In this document: positions 46,214-55,648 of the stretch, piece after piece
Layout: the number at the start of each line of letters is the position of its first letter
How positions within the stretch are numbered: the stretch's first letter is position 1
NCBI GenBank assembly: GCA_019638115.1
Contig: JAHBUK010000002.1
Location: 5,867 to 69,866 of the forward strand
Length of the DNA: 64,000 nt
Direction: 5' to 3'
Source: Flavobacteriales bacterium
Lineage (GTDB): Bacteria; Bacteroidota; Bacteroidia; Flavobacteriales_F; PHOS-HE28
Translations under genes and position numbers: made by a program
Notes under the pieces: generated by a model
Told to the model about the DNA's origin: nothing
The model's database searches: none
What the model saw: the letters and a program-made list of their open reading frames with translations, nothing else

Positions 46214-46789
46214 ATGAAGACCTCCATTGGAACACTACTGTTGACAGCCCTCACCTCCGTGATCATCATCACAGGTTGCAAAAAGGACGACGATACGCCA
46301 ACTCCTCCCGGCCCTGGTCCAGCGCCAACTCCGTCATTGTACCTGAGGCTGGGTGGCGATACGTTGGTCGCCGACCCAGCCGCTCCAGGCATGGAGGTGA
46401 AGAAAGGCTACCTGGCCATCCGATCGGTGGTCGATAGTTCCATTTTCGTGATCGCTGCGGATCCTGAATTGCAGCCATATTTCGCCGTGCTGTTGGGTGA
46501 AGTGGGCGCTGGCCAACTCACCAACCTGGCTGTTCTCAGCAAAAGCCTAAGCGACTTCTTCGCTGTGGGAGCTGGAGCCACCAGCATTCAATACGCCGGG
46601 CTCAACATGGTGGATGCACACAACCCGGCCACCAATCCGCGCATGACCGGGCTTGTGACGAACGAAGCCCACGACCGATTCATTGCGGATGTTGTGATCG
46701 GAGCTCAACAGAACAACGTGCCCATGTCGATCATTCAGGAGTTCGGCGCGCTCATGGAATCGTTGCGCAGCCAGATCGTGCAAGGGTAG
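46214..46789 (+). CDS. group 1 truncated hemoglobin-like lipoprotein
   Basis: It has the lipobox IIITGC. It has trHb-like motifs (LYLRLGG, ADPELQPYF, proximal-His region MVDAHNPATNPRMTG). Confidence 0.6.
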   Translation: MKTSIGTLLLTALTSVIIITGCKKDDDTPTPPGPGPAPTPSLYLRLGGDTLVADPAAPGMEVKKGYLAIRSVVDSSIFVIAADPELQPYFAVLLGEVGAGQLTNLAVLSKSLSDFFAVGAGATSIQYAGLNMVDAHNPATNPRMTGLVTNEAHDRFIADVVIGAQQNNVPMSIIQEFGALMESLRSQIVQG

Positions 46790-46807
46790 GAACGTTGCTT
46801 TTCCGGA

Positions 46808-46844
46808 AAGGGCGCTGGGCTTTCGGGTTCAGCGCCTTTTCATT
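46808..46844 (+). terminator. Rho-independent terminator (stem gggcgctg/cagcgcc, then TTTTCATTT)
   Basis: It was seen directly after the trHb stop. Confidence 0.5.
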
Positions 46845-46873
46845 TCCGGTCGGTACTGGCGAGCTTTGTTGCC

Positions 46874-47089
46874 ATGTACGGAACATGGTTGTTACCCGCA
46901 GTATTGCTGCTGTTCGCATGCGGTCCCAAAGAGCAATGCCCCGATCCTGAACTCCGCGCCAAACACCAGGACGACACGTGTACCATGGACTACACGCCGG
47001 TCTGTGGCTGCGACGGCAAAACCTACTCCAACGCCTGCCATGCGCAGCGGGAAGGTGTACGGGTGGTGGGGCAGGGGGAATGCCCATGA
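46874..47089 (+). CDS. Kazal-type serine protease inhibitor domain lipoprotein
   Basis: It has the lipobox LLLFACG and the canonical Kazal core DYTPVCGCDGKTYSNACHA. Confidence 0.7.
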   Translation: MYGTWLLPAVLLLFACGPKEQCPDPELRAKHQDDTCTMDYTPVCGCDGKTYSNACHAQREGVRVVGQGECP

Positions 47090-47111
47090 ACGCTTGCGTT
47101 ATCTTCGCTTT

Positions 47112-47324
47112 ATGAGCACGAAAGAATTGATCGAAGAGATCCAACGCCTGCCCGTGGCGGAACGTATCCGGGTGCTCGAGGCCACACTGCGCAGTTTGCG
47201 GGAGAAGGAACTCAAGCACACCCTTTCCATTGCTGCGGAAGAACTGGAAACGGAGTACCGCTCCAACAAGGGTTTGACAGCGTTCACGGACATCGACATG
47301 GATGCCTTCTATGAAGCAAGGTGA
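47112..47324 (+). CDS. type II antitoxin (putative addiction-module component)
   Basis: MSTKELIEEIQRLPVAERIRVLEATL... is about 70 aa. It sits immediately upstream of, and overlaps, the MazF-like toxin. Confidence 0.6.
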   Translation: MSTKELIEEIQRLPVAERIRVLEATLRSLREKELKHTLSIAAEELETEYRSNKGLTAFTDIDMDAFYEAR

Positions 47325-47658
47325 GATCTGGTCGGTGAACCTGGATCCTACGCAAGGTGCCGAGATCCGCAAGACCCGGCCCGTGATCATCGTAAATGAT
47401 GATGCCTTGGGCCGATTGCCATTGCGAGTGGTCGTGCCGCTTACCGAGTGGAAGGATCGTTACGCTCAAGCCCCATGGATGGTCCGCGTGGATGCCGACC
47501 AACGCACGCGCTTGTCGAAAACATCGGCGGCAGACTGTTTCCAGGTTCGGTCGATCAGCGAGACCCGATTTGTTGCCCGGATCGGTTCAGTGGATGACAC
47601 ACTCATGGATGAGGTACGCGCAGGACTGGCAGCCGTTTTGTCCATCTCGAACGGGTAG
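47311..47658 (+). CDS. mazF: MazF/PemK family endoribonuclease toxin
   Basis: MKQGEIWSVNLDPTQGAEIRKTRPVIIVNDD is the PemK/MazF signature. Confidence 0.8.
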   Translation: MKQGEIWSVNLDPTQGAEIRKTRPVIIVNDDALGRLPLRVVVPLTEWKDRYAQAPWMVRVDADQRTRLSKTSAADCFQVRSISETRFVARIGSVDDTLMDEVRAGLAAVLSISNG

Positions 47659-47703
47659 GCTGGGGCGATCGTGTAATTGGGCTTCTGTCGATCCCCAGGG
47701 GTC

Positions 47704-48573
47704 TTATCCTGGCAACGGCACCCACTCCGTCTCCCCCTCGATCTTCGGGAAATCCTGCGCCATCCAACGTTGACGCGCTTCCTCGATGGTGGCGCGCTCG
47801 GTAGCCACGAAGTTCCAGTGGATGTGGCGATCTTCAGGGAAAGGCTCACCGCCAAAGAGGAACACACGTGTGCCCGGCTCCAGTGTGAAGGCGCACAAAT
47901 CGGGGTTCTTGGATACCAGGATCTGCTTGGGGCCAAAGCGCTCGCCATCGTTAACGATCGCGCCTTCCAGGATGTACAGCCCCGACTCCCCGAACAACTC
48001 CTTGCCGATCTCCAGCGTGCTCCGTTCCGTGCTTTGGATGTCGAGGAAGTAGAGCGGGCTGTGTACCGGCACGGGTGAGCGTTTGCCGAATGCTTCGCCG
48101 GCCACCAATGTGATGCGCACACCATCCTGCTCCCAGGTGGGCAGTTGGTCCTCACCCGCATGGAAGAAGGAGGGCTCCATGAACTCCTTGTCCTTGGGCA
48201 GCGCCACCCAGATCTGCAATCCGTGCATGCCTTTGGGTTTGCCGCGCAGGTGGTCCGGCGTGCGCTCGCTGTGTACGATGCCCTTGCCGGCCGTCATCCA
48301 GTTCACCTGCCCGGGCTTGATCTCGATCGCCGTGCCCAGGCTGTCGCGATGCATGATGCTGCCCTCGAAGAGATAGGTCAGCGTGCTCAGGCCGATGTGC
48401 GGGTGCGGCGGTACGTCGAAGTCGGTGCCGTCGGTGAACTCCACCGGGCCCATGTGGTCGATGAAGCAGAACGGCCCCACCAAGCGCTTCTTGCGAAAGG
48501 GGAGAAGTCGCCCCACCAGGAAATTGCCGATGTCGGCTTCGCGCTCCTCGATGATCAGGTCGATGTTGGACAT
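47704..48573 (-). CDS. pirin family protein
   Basis: It has a cupin with HPHIGLSTLTYL and the ...MHGLQIWVALP motif. Confidence 0.85.
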   Translation of the reverse strand: MSNIDLIIEEREADIGNFLVGRLLPFRKKRLVGPFCFIDHMGPVEFTDGTDFDVPPHPHIGLSTLTYLFEGSIMHRDSLGTAIEIKPGQVNWMTAGKGIVHSERTPDHLRGKPKGMHGLQIWVALPKDKEFMEPSFFHAGEDQLPTWEQDGVRITLVAGEAFGKRSPVPVHSPLYFLDIQSTERSTLEIGKELFGESGLYILEGAIVNDGERFGPKQILVSKNPDLCAFTLEPGTRVFLFGGEPFPEDRHIHWNFVATERATIEEARQRWMAQDFPKIEGETEWVPLPG

Positions 48574-48589
48574 GGGGGAAGGTGTGATG

Positions 48590-48870
48590 ATGTGAAAATG
48601 TGAGGATGTGTTGCTTCGCTTTGCTTCGGCAAGCCTCGCAATGACGGCTCGCAATGACAAGATGTGGAGATGTTTTGCTTCGCTGAGCTCGCAATGACAG
48701 ATGTGAAGATGAGAACGCTTCGACTTCGCTCAGCGTTGTGTGTTGCTTCGCTTCGCCTCCCGACAAGCAGGCTCGCAATGACAGATGTGAAGATGGGATG
48801 ATGTGTTGCTTCGCTGCGCTCGCAATGACAGATGTGAAGATGGGATGATGTGAAGGAGTAGGGGGCGGTG
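48590..48870. repeat. intergenic tandem repeat array (~47-bp unit GATGTGAAGATGGGATGATGTGTTGCTTCGCTGCGCTCGCAATGACA, ~5 variable copies)
   Basis: It was seen directly between the pirin start and the peptidase stop. Confidence 0.75.
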
Positions 48871-48877
48871 GTTCAGT

Positions 48878-49693
48878 TCATTGCCTGGCGTAAACGCTCA
48901 TTGTACCCACCTTCATCTGCATGCCGGTTGCGGTCCGCTTCCAGATCACTTCACGGCCGTCCACCACGAAGTCCTCGTCGTTCCAGCTCAAGCGATATTT
49001 CGCGTCTTTGTTGGGGAACTGTTCCAGACGGCCGAACTGGATGGGTTCCGCCAGGTTGTTGAACCATACGAGCCGGTCTTCGGCATCCACGTAGTAGGTG
49101 TTCGCATCGCCGGTGAAGCGCACCACGAAGCGGAATGCATCGTGTACGTGGAAGGGTTCGGGTTCACGACGTTCTGCGATGGCACGGGCCTCTTCCCAGC
49201 CTTGGCGAATGGCCTGTATGCGTGCATGTTTTGGCGGGTGGCGATGCGTGCCGTGCGGATCACCGGTCACCTCCTGGGTGGCCAGTGCTTCTTCCAACGT
49301 GGCTCCCATGGCATGCAGGATGAAGCCCGAGTAATGATCGCAAGCAAGTTCATCTCCCGGGTGTACCTGTCCAGGGTCCAGCGTATGTCCAAGCAGGTGG
49401 TGGGCGATCTCGTGCGCCAGGATGCTTATCGCACTCCAATTGGTGCAGGTGCTGTCCATCACCCGCGCCATGAAACCCGGATTGTAGGCTATGATGCGTT
49501 GCTTCCCCTTGATGTACGCGATGGCGGTGGGAATGTCCAAGTTCTCCACGACCGTGAACCCCGGTTGAAGGCCACTGTGCCGCACGATCCGCTGCACGGC
49601 GTCTTTCGCGGCTCGTTCATTGAGCATGGCGTCCTGTGCCGATGCCATGCATGGCGCAAGCAGAAAGGTGAACAGGAATGCCGGTATTCGCAT
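48878..49693 (-). CDS. putative zinc metallopeptidase lipoprotein (HExxH)
   Basis: It has the signal/lipobox MRIPAFLFTFLLAPCMA. It has the ILAHEIAHHLLGH motif. Confidence 0.55.
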   Translation of the reverse strand: MRIPAFLFTFLLAPCMASAQDAMLNERAAKDAVQRIVRHSGLQPGFTVVENLDIPTAIAYIKGKQRIIAYNPGFMARVMDSTCTNWSAISILAHEIAHHLLGHTLDPGQVHPGDELACDHYSGFILHAMGATLEEALATQEVTGDPHGTHRHPPKHARIQAIRQGWEEARAIAERREPEPFHVHDAFRFVVRFTGDANTYYVDAEDRLVWFNNLAEPIQFGRLEQFPNKDAKYRLSWNDEDFVVDGREVIWKRTATGMQMKVGTMSVYARQ

Positions 49694-49860
49694 GGCGGTG
49701 CCAAGGTATGTGCAGGACGGAACCCCGTGGACGACCTGGGGCGATGGGCATTGGACCATGGCTTGGTGAAGGTCGGAAGGTTGCTCGCCGATCGCTGTGC
49801 ATAACCGATGCGTAGCACCGCTTGATCATCCGAAGGCCAGCCGATACTTTCGTGCCGCCC

Positions 49861-51090
49861 ATGGGATCCATCAAGGTCGTAGAGCTCTTTGCCGGTGTTG
49901 GCGGCTTCCGCATCGGGTTGCAGCGTGCTAGTGATCGCTTCAGCGTGGTATGGAGCAACCAATGGGAACCGGGCACCAAGCGGCAACCAGCATCGGAGAT
50001 CTATGCGGCGCGTTTCGGGCATCAAGGCCACAGCAATGCCGACATCGCCACGGTGCATGCCAAGGAGATACCCAAGCACGATCTATTGGTGGGTGGTTTC
50101 CCCTGCCAGGATTACTCCGTTGCTCGCACGCTGAAACAGGCCGAAGGGCTTGCTGGCAAGAAGGGCGTGCTGTGGTGGGAGATCCACCGCATTCTGAAGG
50201 CACACACTCCTGGCCATGTGTTGCTGGAGAACGTTGACCGGCTACTGAAGTCGCCATCCACCCAACGCGGTCGTGACTTCGCCGTGATGCTGGCTTCCTT
50301 GGCCGATCTCGGCTATGTGGTGGAGTGGCGCGTGATCAATGCTGCGGACTATGGCATGCCGCAGCGTCGTCGCCGCGTGTTCATTCTGGGGCATCACAAA
50401 AGCACGGCCATCGGCAAACAAATGCTGAAGCTGAAGAACGCCGAGACGTGGTTGTTGGAGGACGGCATCTTCGCGGATGCGTTCCGTGCGACGGCCAAAA
50501 GCACGCTTTGCACGTTCGAGTTGAAGGGTGATCTGGCTGATATCACCCAGCGCTTCAACCACGACAAGCGGAGCGCGAAAAGCCCCTTCCTGAGCACCGG
50601 ATTGCTGGTGAGCCGCACGGTGCATACCATGGATGTGAAGCCCTCGTACGCGGGTACCTTCACCACGCTTGGCGAGATCCTGCTGCCGAGCAAGGACGTG
50701 CCCAAGACCTTCTTCGTGCCCGCCACCAAAGTGCGGGGATGGAAGTACCTGAAAGGTGGAAAAAAGGAACTCCGCACCAATGCCAGCAACGGGTTCAGCT
50801 ACAAGTACAGCGAGGGCGCCATGGCCTTCCCCGATCCGCTCGACAAACCCTCGCGCACCATTGTTACCGGCGAAGGAGGAAGCGGTCCATCGCGCTTCAA
50901 GCATGTGGTGCGCACGCCCGAAGGCAAGTTGCGCCGCTTGACACCCGTGGAATTGGAACGCCTCAACATGTTCCCGGACGACCATACGGCCGGTGCCAGT
51001 GATGCGCGTCGCGCCTTCTTCATGGGGAACGCGCTGGTAACGGGTATCGTGGAGCGTATCGGTTCCGTGTTGCAAGCAAGGCTGAAGTAG
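49861..51090 (+). CDS. dcm: DNA (cytosine-5)-methyltransferase
   Basis: It has motif I ELFAGVGGF, motif IV GGFPCQDYS, motif VI ENV, and the C-terminal RRLTPVELERLNMFPDDHT / FMGNALV. Confidence 0.85.
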   Translation: MGSIKVVELFAGVGGFRIGLQRASDRFSVVWSNQWEPGTKRQPASEIYAARFGHQGHSNADIATVHAKEIPKHDLLVGGFPCQDYSVARTLKQAEGLAGKKGVLWWEIHRILKAHTPGHVLLENVDRLLKSPSTQRGRDFAVMLASLADLGYVVEWRVINAADYGMPQRRRRVFILGHHKSTAIGKQMLKLKNAETWLLEDGIFADAFRATAKSTLCTFELKGDLADITQRFNHDKRSAKSPFLSTGLLVSRTVHTMDVKPSYAGTFTTLGEILLPSKDVPKTFFVPATKVRGWKYLKGGKKELRTNASNGFSYKYSEGAMAFPDPLDKPSRTIVTGEGGSGPSRFKHVVRTPEGKLRRLTPVELERLNMFPDDHTAGASDARRAFFMGNALVTGIVERIGSVLQARLK

Positions 51091-51219
51091 GCTCCAGCAC
51101 TGGCGGTAGGCGCGAAGGCCACGGCACGGCTGTTCCGCTCCGCGCACTTCACACGCCGTGGTTGATGGTCGTTCACTACCGTGGCCGTCTTCTCCGTTGC
51201 GTGCTCGGAACTTAGCGCC

Positions 51220-52131
51220 ATGGAATGGCAGCGGGCGATCACCGACTTCAGGATGCATCTGAAGCTCGAGCGTTCCTTGAGCCAGCGCACGGTGGATGCC
51301 TACCTCAGCGACCTCGCCAAGTTGCGTCGCTTTGCAGAGGCCATGCAGCCGGTACACCAGCCGGCGGAGATCACGCTGGAGGAGCTTCAACTCTTCGTGA
51401 CCCAGGTGGTGCGCGATGGTGCCAGTGCCACCAGCCAAGCCCGTTTGCTCAGCTCGGTGCGTGCGTTCTACCGCATGCTACTGATCGAGAAAGTGGTGCA
51501 GGAGGATCCCTCCGAACTGCTCCAAAGCCCGCGCCTGGGGCGTAAGTTGCCTACGTTCCTTACGGTGGAGGAGATCGATGGGATGGAGGCCGCTGTGGAC
51601 ATGAGCCGGGCCCATGCGCACCGTGATCGCGCCATTCTGGCCACGCTCTACAGCTGCGGACTTCGGGTCAGTGAATTGTGCGGGCTGCGCTTGTCATGGC
51701 TTCACTTCGATGCCGGCTTCATCCGCGTGGTGGGCAAGGGCGACAAGGAAAGACTGGTTCCGATAGGACCGGATGCCATGCAACAGATCAGGCAGTACGT
51801 GGAGTTGGAGCGGGTGCATGCCCCCTTGCAGCGCAAAGCGGAGGATGTGGTGTTCCTCAACCACCGCGGGGGTGGGCTATCGCGCGTGGCGGTATTCTCG
51901 CTGGTAAAGAAGCTGGCCGTTCAGGCAGGCATTCGCAAGGTGATCGGGCCGCATACGTTCAGGCATTCCTTCGCCACGCATTTGGTGGAGCGCGGTGCCG
52001 ATCTGAGGGCCGTACAAGAGATGCTCGGCCATGCCAGCATCACCACCACGGAGATCTACACGCACTTGGACCGGGAGTATCTGCGAAGCAACATCATGCA
52101 GTTCCATCCCCGCGCCAAAGCGCGCAGCTGA
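51220..52131 (+). CDS. xerD: tyrosine site-specific recombinase XerD-like
   Basis: It has the R...HxxR...Y catalytic residues (HTFRHSFATHLVERGADLRAVQEMLGHASITTTEIYTHL). Confidence 0.8.
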   Translation: MEWQRAITDFRMHLKLERSLSQRTVDAYLSDLAKLRRFAEAMQPVHQPAEITLEELQLFVTQVVRDGASATSQARLLSSVRAFYRMLLIEKVVQEDPSELLQSPRLGRKLPTFLTVEEIDGMEAAVDMSRAHAHRDRAILATLYSCGLRVSELCGLRLSWLHFDAGFIRVVGKGDKERLVPIGPDAMQQIRQYVELERVHAPLQRKAEDVVFLNHRGGGLSRVAVFSLVKKLAVQAGIRKVIGPHTFRHSFATHLVERGADLRAVQEMLGHASITTTEIYTHLDREYLRSNIMQFHPRAKARS

Positions 52132-52881
52132 TCAATGGTCCAGTTGCACCACGCGACGCTGGCCGGAACCGATGTAGACACCAGGGGCGGGCACACCGGA
52201 GACCGGTCGGCCCAGCACATCCACGTAGGTGGTGCTGGTGTTCAAGGGGCGGTCCTGGTAGCTTTCAATACCGGTGGTGAGCGAGGAGCAAGTGCTGCCC
52301 ACGACCCTGATCTCATCCAGGTGCCAATTGCCTCCGTTGCCTTGGTAGGCCTGCACTTTCAATTGAAAGGTGCCATAGGCCATGTTGTTCAGGATGGGCA
52401 TGCAGCCGAGGTCCGTTAGCACGGTGTTCTCGAATTCCACGCCAACGCTCACATCCGCCACTTCCACCACGGGTTCGTTCACGTTGCTGGTAAAGCCCAC
52501 CTTCAAGCGCTGGGGGCCGGCTTGTTCGCGTCGGTGGCGAATGATGATGCTATCCACCTGCAAGGGGATCATGCTCAGGCCCGATACCAAGCCATAGTGG
52601 TTGGCACTGGGTATGGCGGGCCAGGCGTTCGAGTAGATCGCATTGTCCCCTGTGGTTACCGGATGGGGGCATACCGGAACACCGATCCAGGCCATGTTGG
52701 TTCCGAAGAACAATTGACTGCTGGCCTCCGGGATGTTGCACGCAGTGCAGCCTTCGTTGCAGTTCAACACGGTTCCGCATGCCTGGTTCAGCCATTGGTA
52801 TTCAATGGTGTAGGACTGTGCCACCGCCATTGAGCAGGCAAGTGAAGTACTGGTCAGCAAGGCGAGCGTTCTGAAGTTCAT
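52132..52881 (-). CDS. hypothetical secreted Cys-rich protein with T9SS-like C-terminal domain
   Basis: It has a signal peptide and a C-terminal YVDVLGRPVSGVPAPGVYIGSGQRRVVQL. Confidence 0.5.
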   Translation of the reverse strand: MNFRTLALLTSTSLACSMAVAQSYTIEYQWLNQACGTVLNCNEGCTACNIPEASSQLFFGTNMAWIGVPVCPHPVTTGDNAIYSNAWPAIPSANHYGLVSGLSMIPLQVDSIIIRHRREQAGPQRLKVGFTSNVNEPVVEVADVSVGVEFENTVLTDLGCMPILNNMAYGTFQLKVQAYQGNGGNWHLDEIRVVGSTCSSLTTGIESYQDRPLNTSTTYVDVLGRPVSGVPAPGVYIGSGQRRVVQLDH

Positions 52882-53061
52882 ATCCCTCCGATTTGGGCCT
52901 CCGGGGAGGCTGTTCGGGGGGCTGCTACGGGACTCGTCGACGGATGTTACGGGTTCGTCATTTTTTTCAGCCTGTTCATCCTGCCCGAAGGCTGTGCGCT
53001 ATGCACCGGTCACCTCCGGGCCCTGAACGACCATCGGGCCAGTGTGGTAGCCTCCATCACC

Positions 53062-55515
53062 CTATCGGACAACCTCGAAGCGACGCGTGCCCAAGGCACG
53101 GCCATCGGTGCTGGTGGCGCGCATCAGGTATGGGCCGGTGGCAAGACCGGAAACATCCACTTGCGCTTGGAACGCGCCCTGCGCATTGGCCACACTGCGT
53201 TGCATGATGCGGCCGTCGGTTCCGATCACGTCCAAGATCACGGTGCATGGCACTTCACTATCCCCGCTAACGGTAAGGTGCTGGCTGGCCGGTACCGGAT
53301 AGAGCTCGATGTCCGCCGGGTTCGGTGCTTCCGCATCGGATATGCCGACTATGGCGGAACTCTTAGCCAAGGTGTACTGTCCTTTGCGCAGGTTGTTCGC
53401 ATCGATGTAGCCGCTGCCGTTGGTGAGGTTGCCTGCGGTAACCACCTGCTCCGGATACACCTGCCAGGGCTCGTTCGGTGTGGCGCGGTACACGATGGAG
53501 ATGCCGGCCTCATTGCCAGCTATCAACCCGTGGTCCAGTTGGTTCGAGTTGGCTCCGTAGTAGTAGATGCGTCCACGCAAGGTGGTGCCTTCCGGCCATA
53601 GGCCATCAACGGTCCAATAGTGGGTGTTGCTGATCTGCAGGATCTCGGTCTCCAGCGGACCTTGATCGGGCGGCGCCCAGAGGTGTTCAATGCGCACCAA
53701 GGTCGTATCGGTCAATGCTTCCTGGTACAGGCGGAAGTCCACGTAAGGCAAGGTGCTTACCAGGCTTACACCGGGTATGGCCGTCACTTCGTGGTCCAAG
53801 CGGGCTTGGTTCAAGCGTGCATGGCGGTTCAAGATCACCATGGCCGGCTCGAAAGGGGAGTTCACGTTCAGGTCCGTGAGCGCACCGCTGCACACGATCC
53901 GTTGGTCGTGGGTTTCACCGGTGGCGGAAATGAAGGTGAGGTCCAAGGGCACGTTCAGGTGCATTTCCGAGGTGCCCCGCAGCTTTTGCCCTATGGTGAG
54001 GGCCACGTTCCAGTTGTTGCCATCCTGCTGGGCGCTATGCTCACGTACTTCGAACACCGAATAACCCGGCGCAAAGACCCAGGCATTGAAGAAGTCGTCC
54101 AGGTCGGTGCCGGTGGCAGCTTCCAAGGCATCACGGAAACCTTCAGGGGAGATGGTGGTGTAGGCGTTCAGTTGTTGCAGTGTGTGCATGGCTTCCCGGA
54201 AGAGCTCGTCGCCCAGGTATCCCCGCAGGTTATGCATCACAGCGGCTCCCTTGTAGTAGGTGTGCGTGCCATAGATGTGCGCATCGGGCATGGGCGAGAG
54301 CGCCTGGAAGCCATCGTCGTTCACGTGGGCTTGTCGCAGCACATAGAGCAGGTTGTCCTTCACGGCTTTTTGCAGGCCGGCAGCACCGTCTATCCACTCT
54401 TCCACCAGGTGCCCGGTGTATTCGGCCGGGCCTTCCTTCAGCCACATGTTGTTGTGGATGTCCGGTGTCACCACATCGCCCCACCAATGGTGGCCCAGCT
54501 CATGGCTGTACAGCCCGCGGTTGCTGCTCACCGGCTGGCCGGTCATGAATTGCGGGTAGGCGACGTTGGTCGGTATCTCCAAGGCGCCATCGGTGGTAAG
54601 CACGTAGCCCACGCGTTCAAAGCCGTACGGGCCGTACCAATGCTCGCACACGTCGATCGCGGTGCCCAGGTCCAGGAAACGGGCCATCATGGCATTGAGG
54701 TTTGCCGGTTTGGCCGCCAGGGTAACGGGTATGTCACCGTAAGCGCCGCTGTGGGTGTATGCATGAACAGCGTAGTCTGCAATGGCCACCGCACTGATGT
54801 GCGTTGGTATCGGCTGGTTGAAGGCATAGCTCCGGATCACCGTATCGCCCGCCAACTGCTGTTCCCCGAGAAAGGTGCCCTGGCCGTGCAGCCGGTAGGT
54901 GCCTGCGCTCTTCACGTGGTATCCGTAGGTGGCGCGTTCCACGAACGAGTCGAAACAGGGATACCACACCTTGCCGAAGTGTGGTGGGATGGTGCTGATG
55001 CCGATGCCCAGGTTGTAGATGTATCCGGAAGCGAAGTAGAACCCGCCCCATTGCGGGTCGCGCACGGGGTTCCCTTGGTAATACACGGTCATTTCAGCTT
55101 CCTCGTTGGCGCTGGTCGGGTTCGCCAAGGTCACACGCAACAGGCCATCCGCATGCTCGAAAGCCAGTGGGCCATCCACACCGATCACCGAGTCCACGCT
55201 CAACCCGATGAGGTCGAAGGTGATGTGGGTGACATTGTCCTGCAGGGCTTTGTACGTGATGGTCGTGTGGGCCACCATGCGCTGCCCGGCGTAGTCGGTC
55301 ACGTCCAGGTGGATGTCGTAGTTCAGGATATCGAAGGTGTCGCTGCGGGCAATGGTCTCCAGGATGTTGCTGCGTTCTCCGGCGTTGAGGGGCGCCATGG
55401 GCGCTTGTTGCCCATGGAAGAAGTGGCACCCGAAGGGGTTGGGCTGGGCGTTGGAACGGGATGTTTGGAAGAGCGCTGCGAGGGTGAGCAGGAGAACGAG
55501 GCTGGGTCTGGTCAT
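53062..55515 (-). CDS. M1 family metallopeptidase, T9SS cargo
   Basis: It has the HELGHHWWGDVVTPDIHNNMWLKE zincin motif, the signal MTRPSLVLLLTLAALF, and a C-terminal T9SS CTD. Confidence 0.85.
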   Translation of the reverse strand: MTRPSLVLLLTLAALFQTSRSNAQPNPFGCHFFHGQQAPMAPLNAGERSNILETIARSDTFDILNYDIHLDVTDYAGQRMVAHTTITYKALQDNVTHITFDLIGLSVDSVIGVDGPLAFEHADGLLRVTLANPTSANEEAEMTVYYQGNPVRDPQWGGFYFASGYIYNLGIGISTIPPHFGKVWYPCFDSFVERATYGYHVKSAGTYRLHGQGTFLGEQQLAGDTVIRSYAFNQPIPTHISAVAIADYAVHAYTHSGAYGDIPVTLAAKPANLNAMMARFLDLGTAIDVCEHWYGPYGFERVGYVLTTDGALEIPTNVAYPQFMTGQPVSSNRGLYSHELGHHWWGDVVTPDIHNNMWLKEGPAEYTGHLVEEWIDGAAGLQKAVKDNLLYVLRQAHVNDDGFQALSPMPDAHIYGTHTYYKGAAVMHNLRGYLGDELFREAMHTLQQLNAYTTISPEGFRDALEAATGTDLDDFFNAWVFAPGYSVFEVREHSAQQDGNNWNVALTIGQKLRGTSEMHLNVPLDLTFISATGETHDQRIVCSGALTDLNVNSPFEPAMVILNRHARLNQARLDHEVTAIPGVSLVSTLPYVDFRLYQEALTDTTLVRIEHLWAPPDQGPLETEILQISNTHYWTVDGLWPEGTTLRGRIYYYGANSNQLDHGLIAGNEAGISIVYRATPNEPWQVYPEQVVTAGNLTNGSGYIDANNLRKGQYTLAKSSAIVGISDAEAPNPADIELYPVPASQHLTVSGDSEVPCTVILDVIGTDGRIMQRSVANAQGAFQAQVDVSGLATGPYLMRATSTDGRALGTRRFEVVR

Positions 55516-55648
55516 GGCTGAAGGCGCGTGTGGCAGGCCGAAGCTAACGAAAGTGCTGCGCCGCGTCCGTGCTGTTGAAGCGCTGGTATTGGAACTGAAA
55601 AGGGCCGCACCAACGCGGTACGGCCCTTTTCACGACGAGCATCGGAGA

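Noticed and set aside
48590-48870. Possible CRISPR array
   Set aside because: The repeat units vary in length and share sequence with the intervening segments. There are no unique spacers and no cas genes. It is a tandem repeat array, not CRISPR.
53620-55521. 633-aa + strand ORF
   Set aside because: It is antisense to the T9SS M1 peptidase (HELGHH motif on the minus strand).
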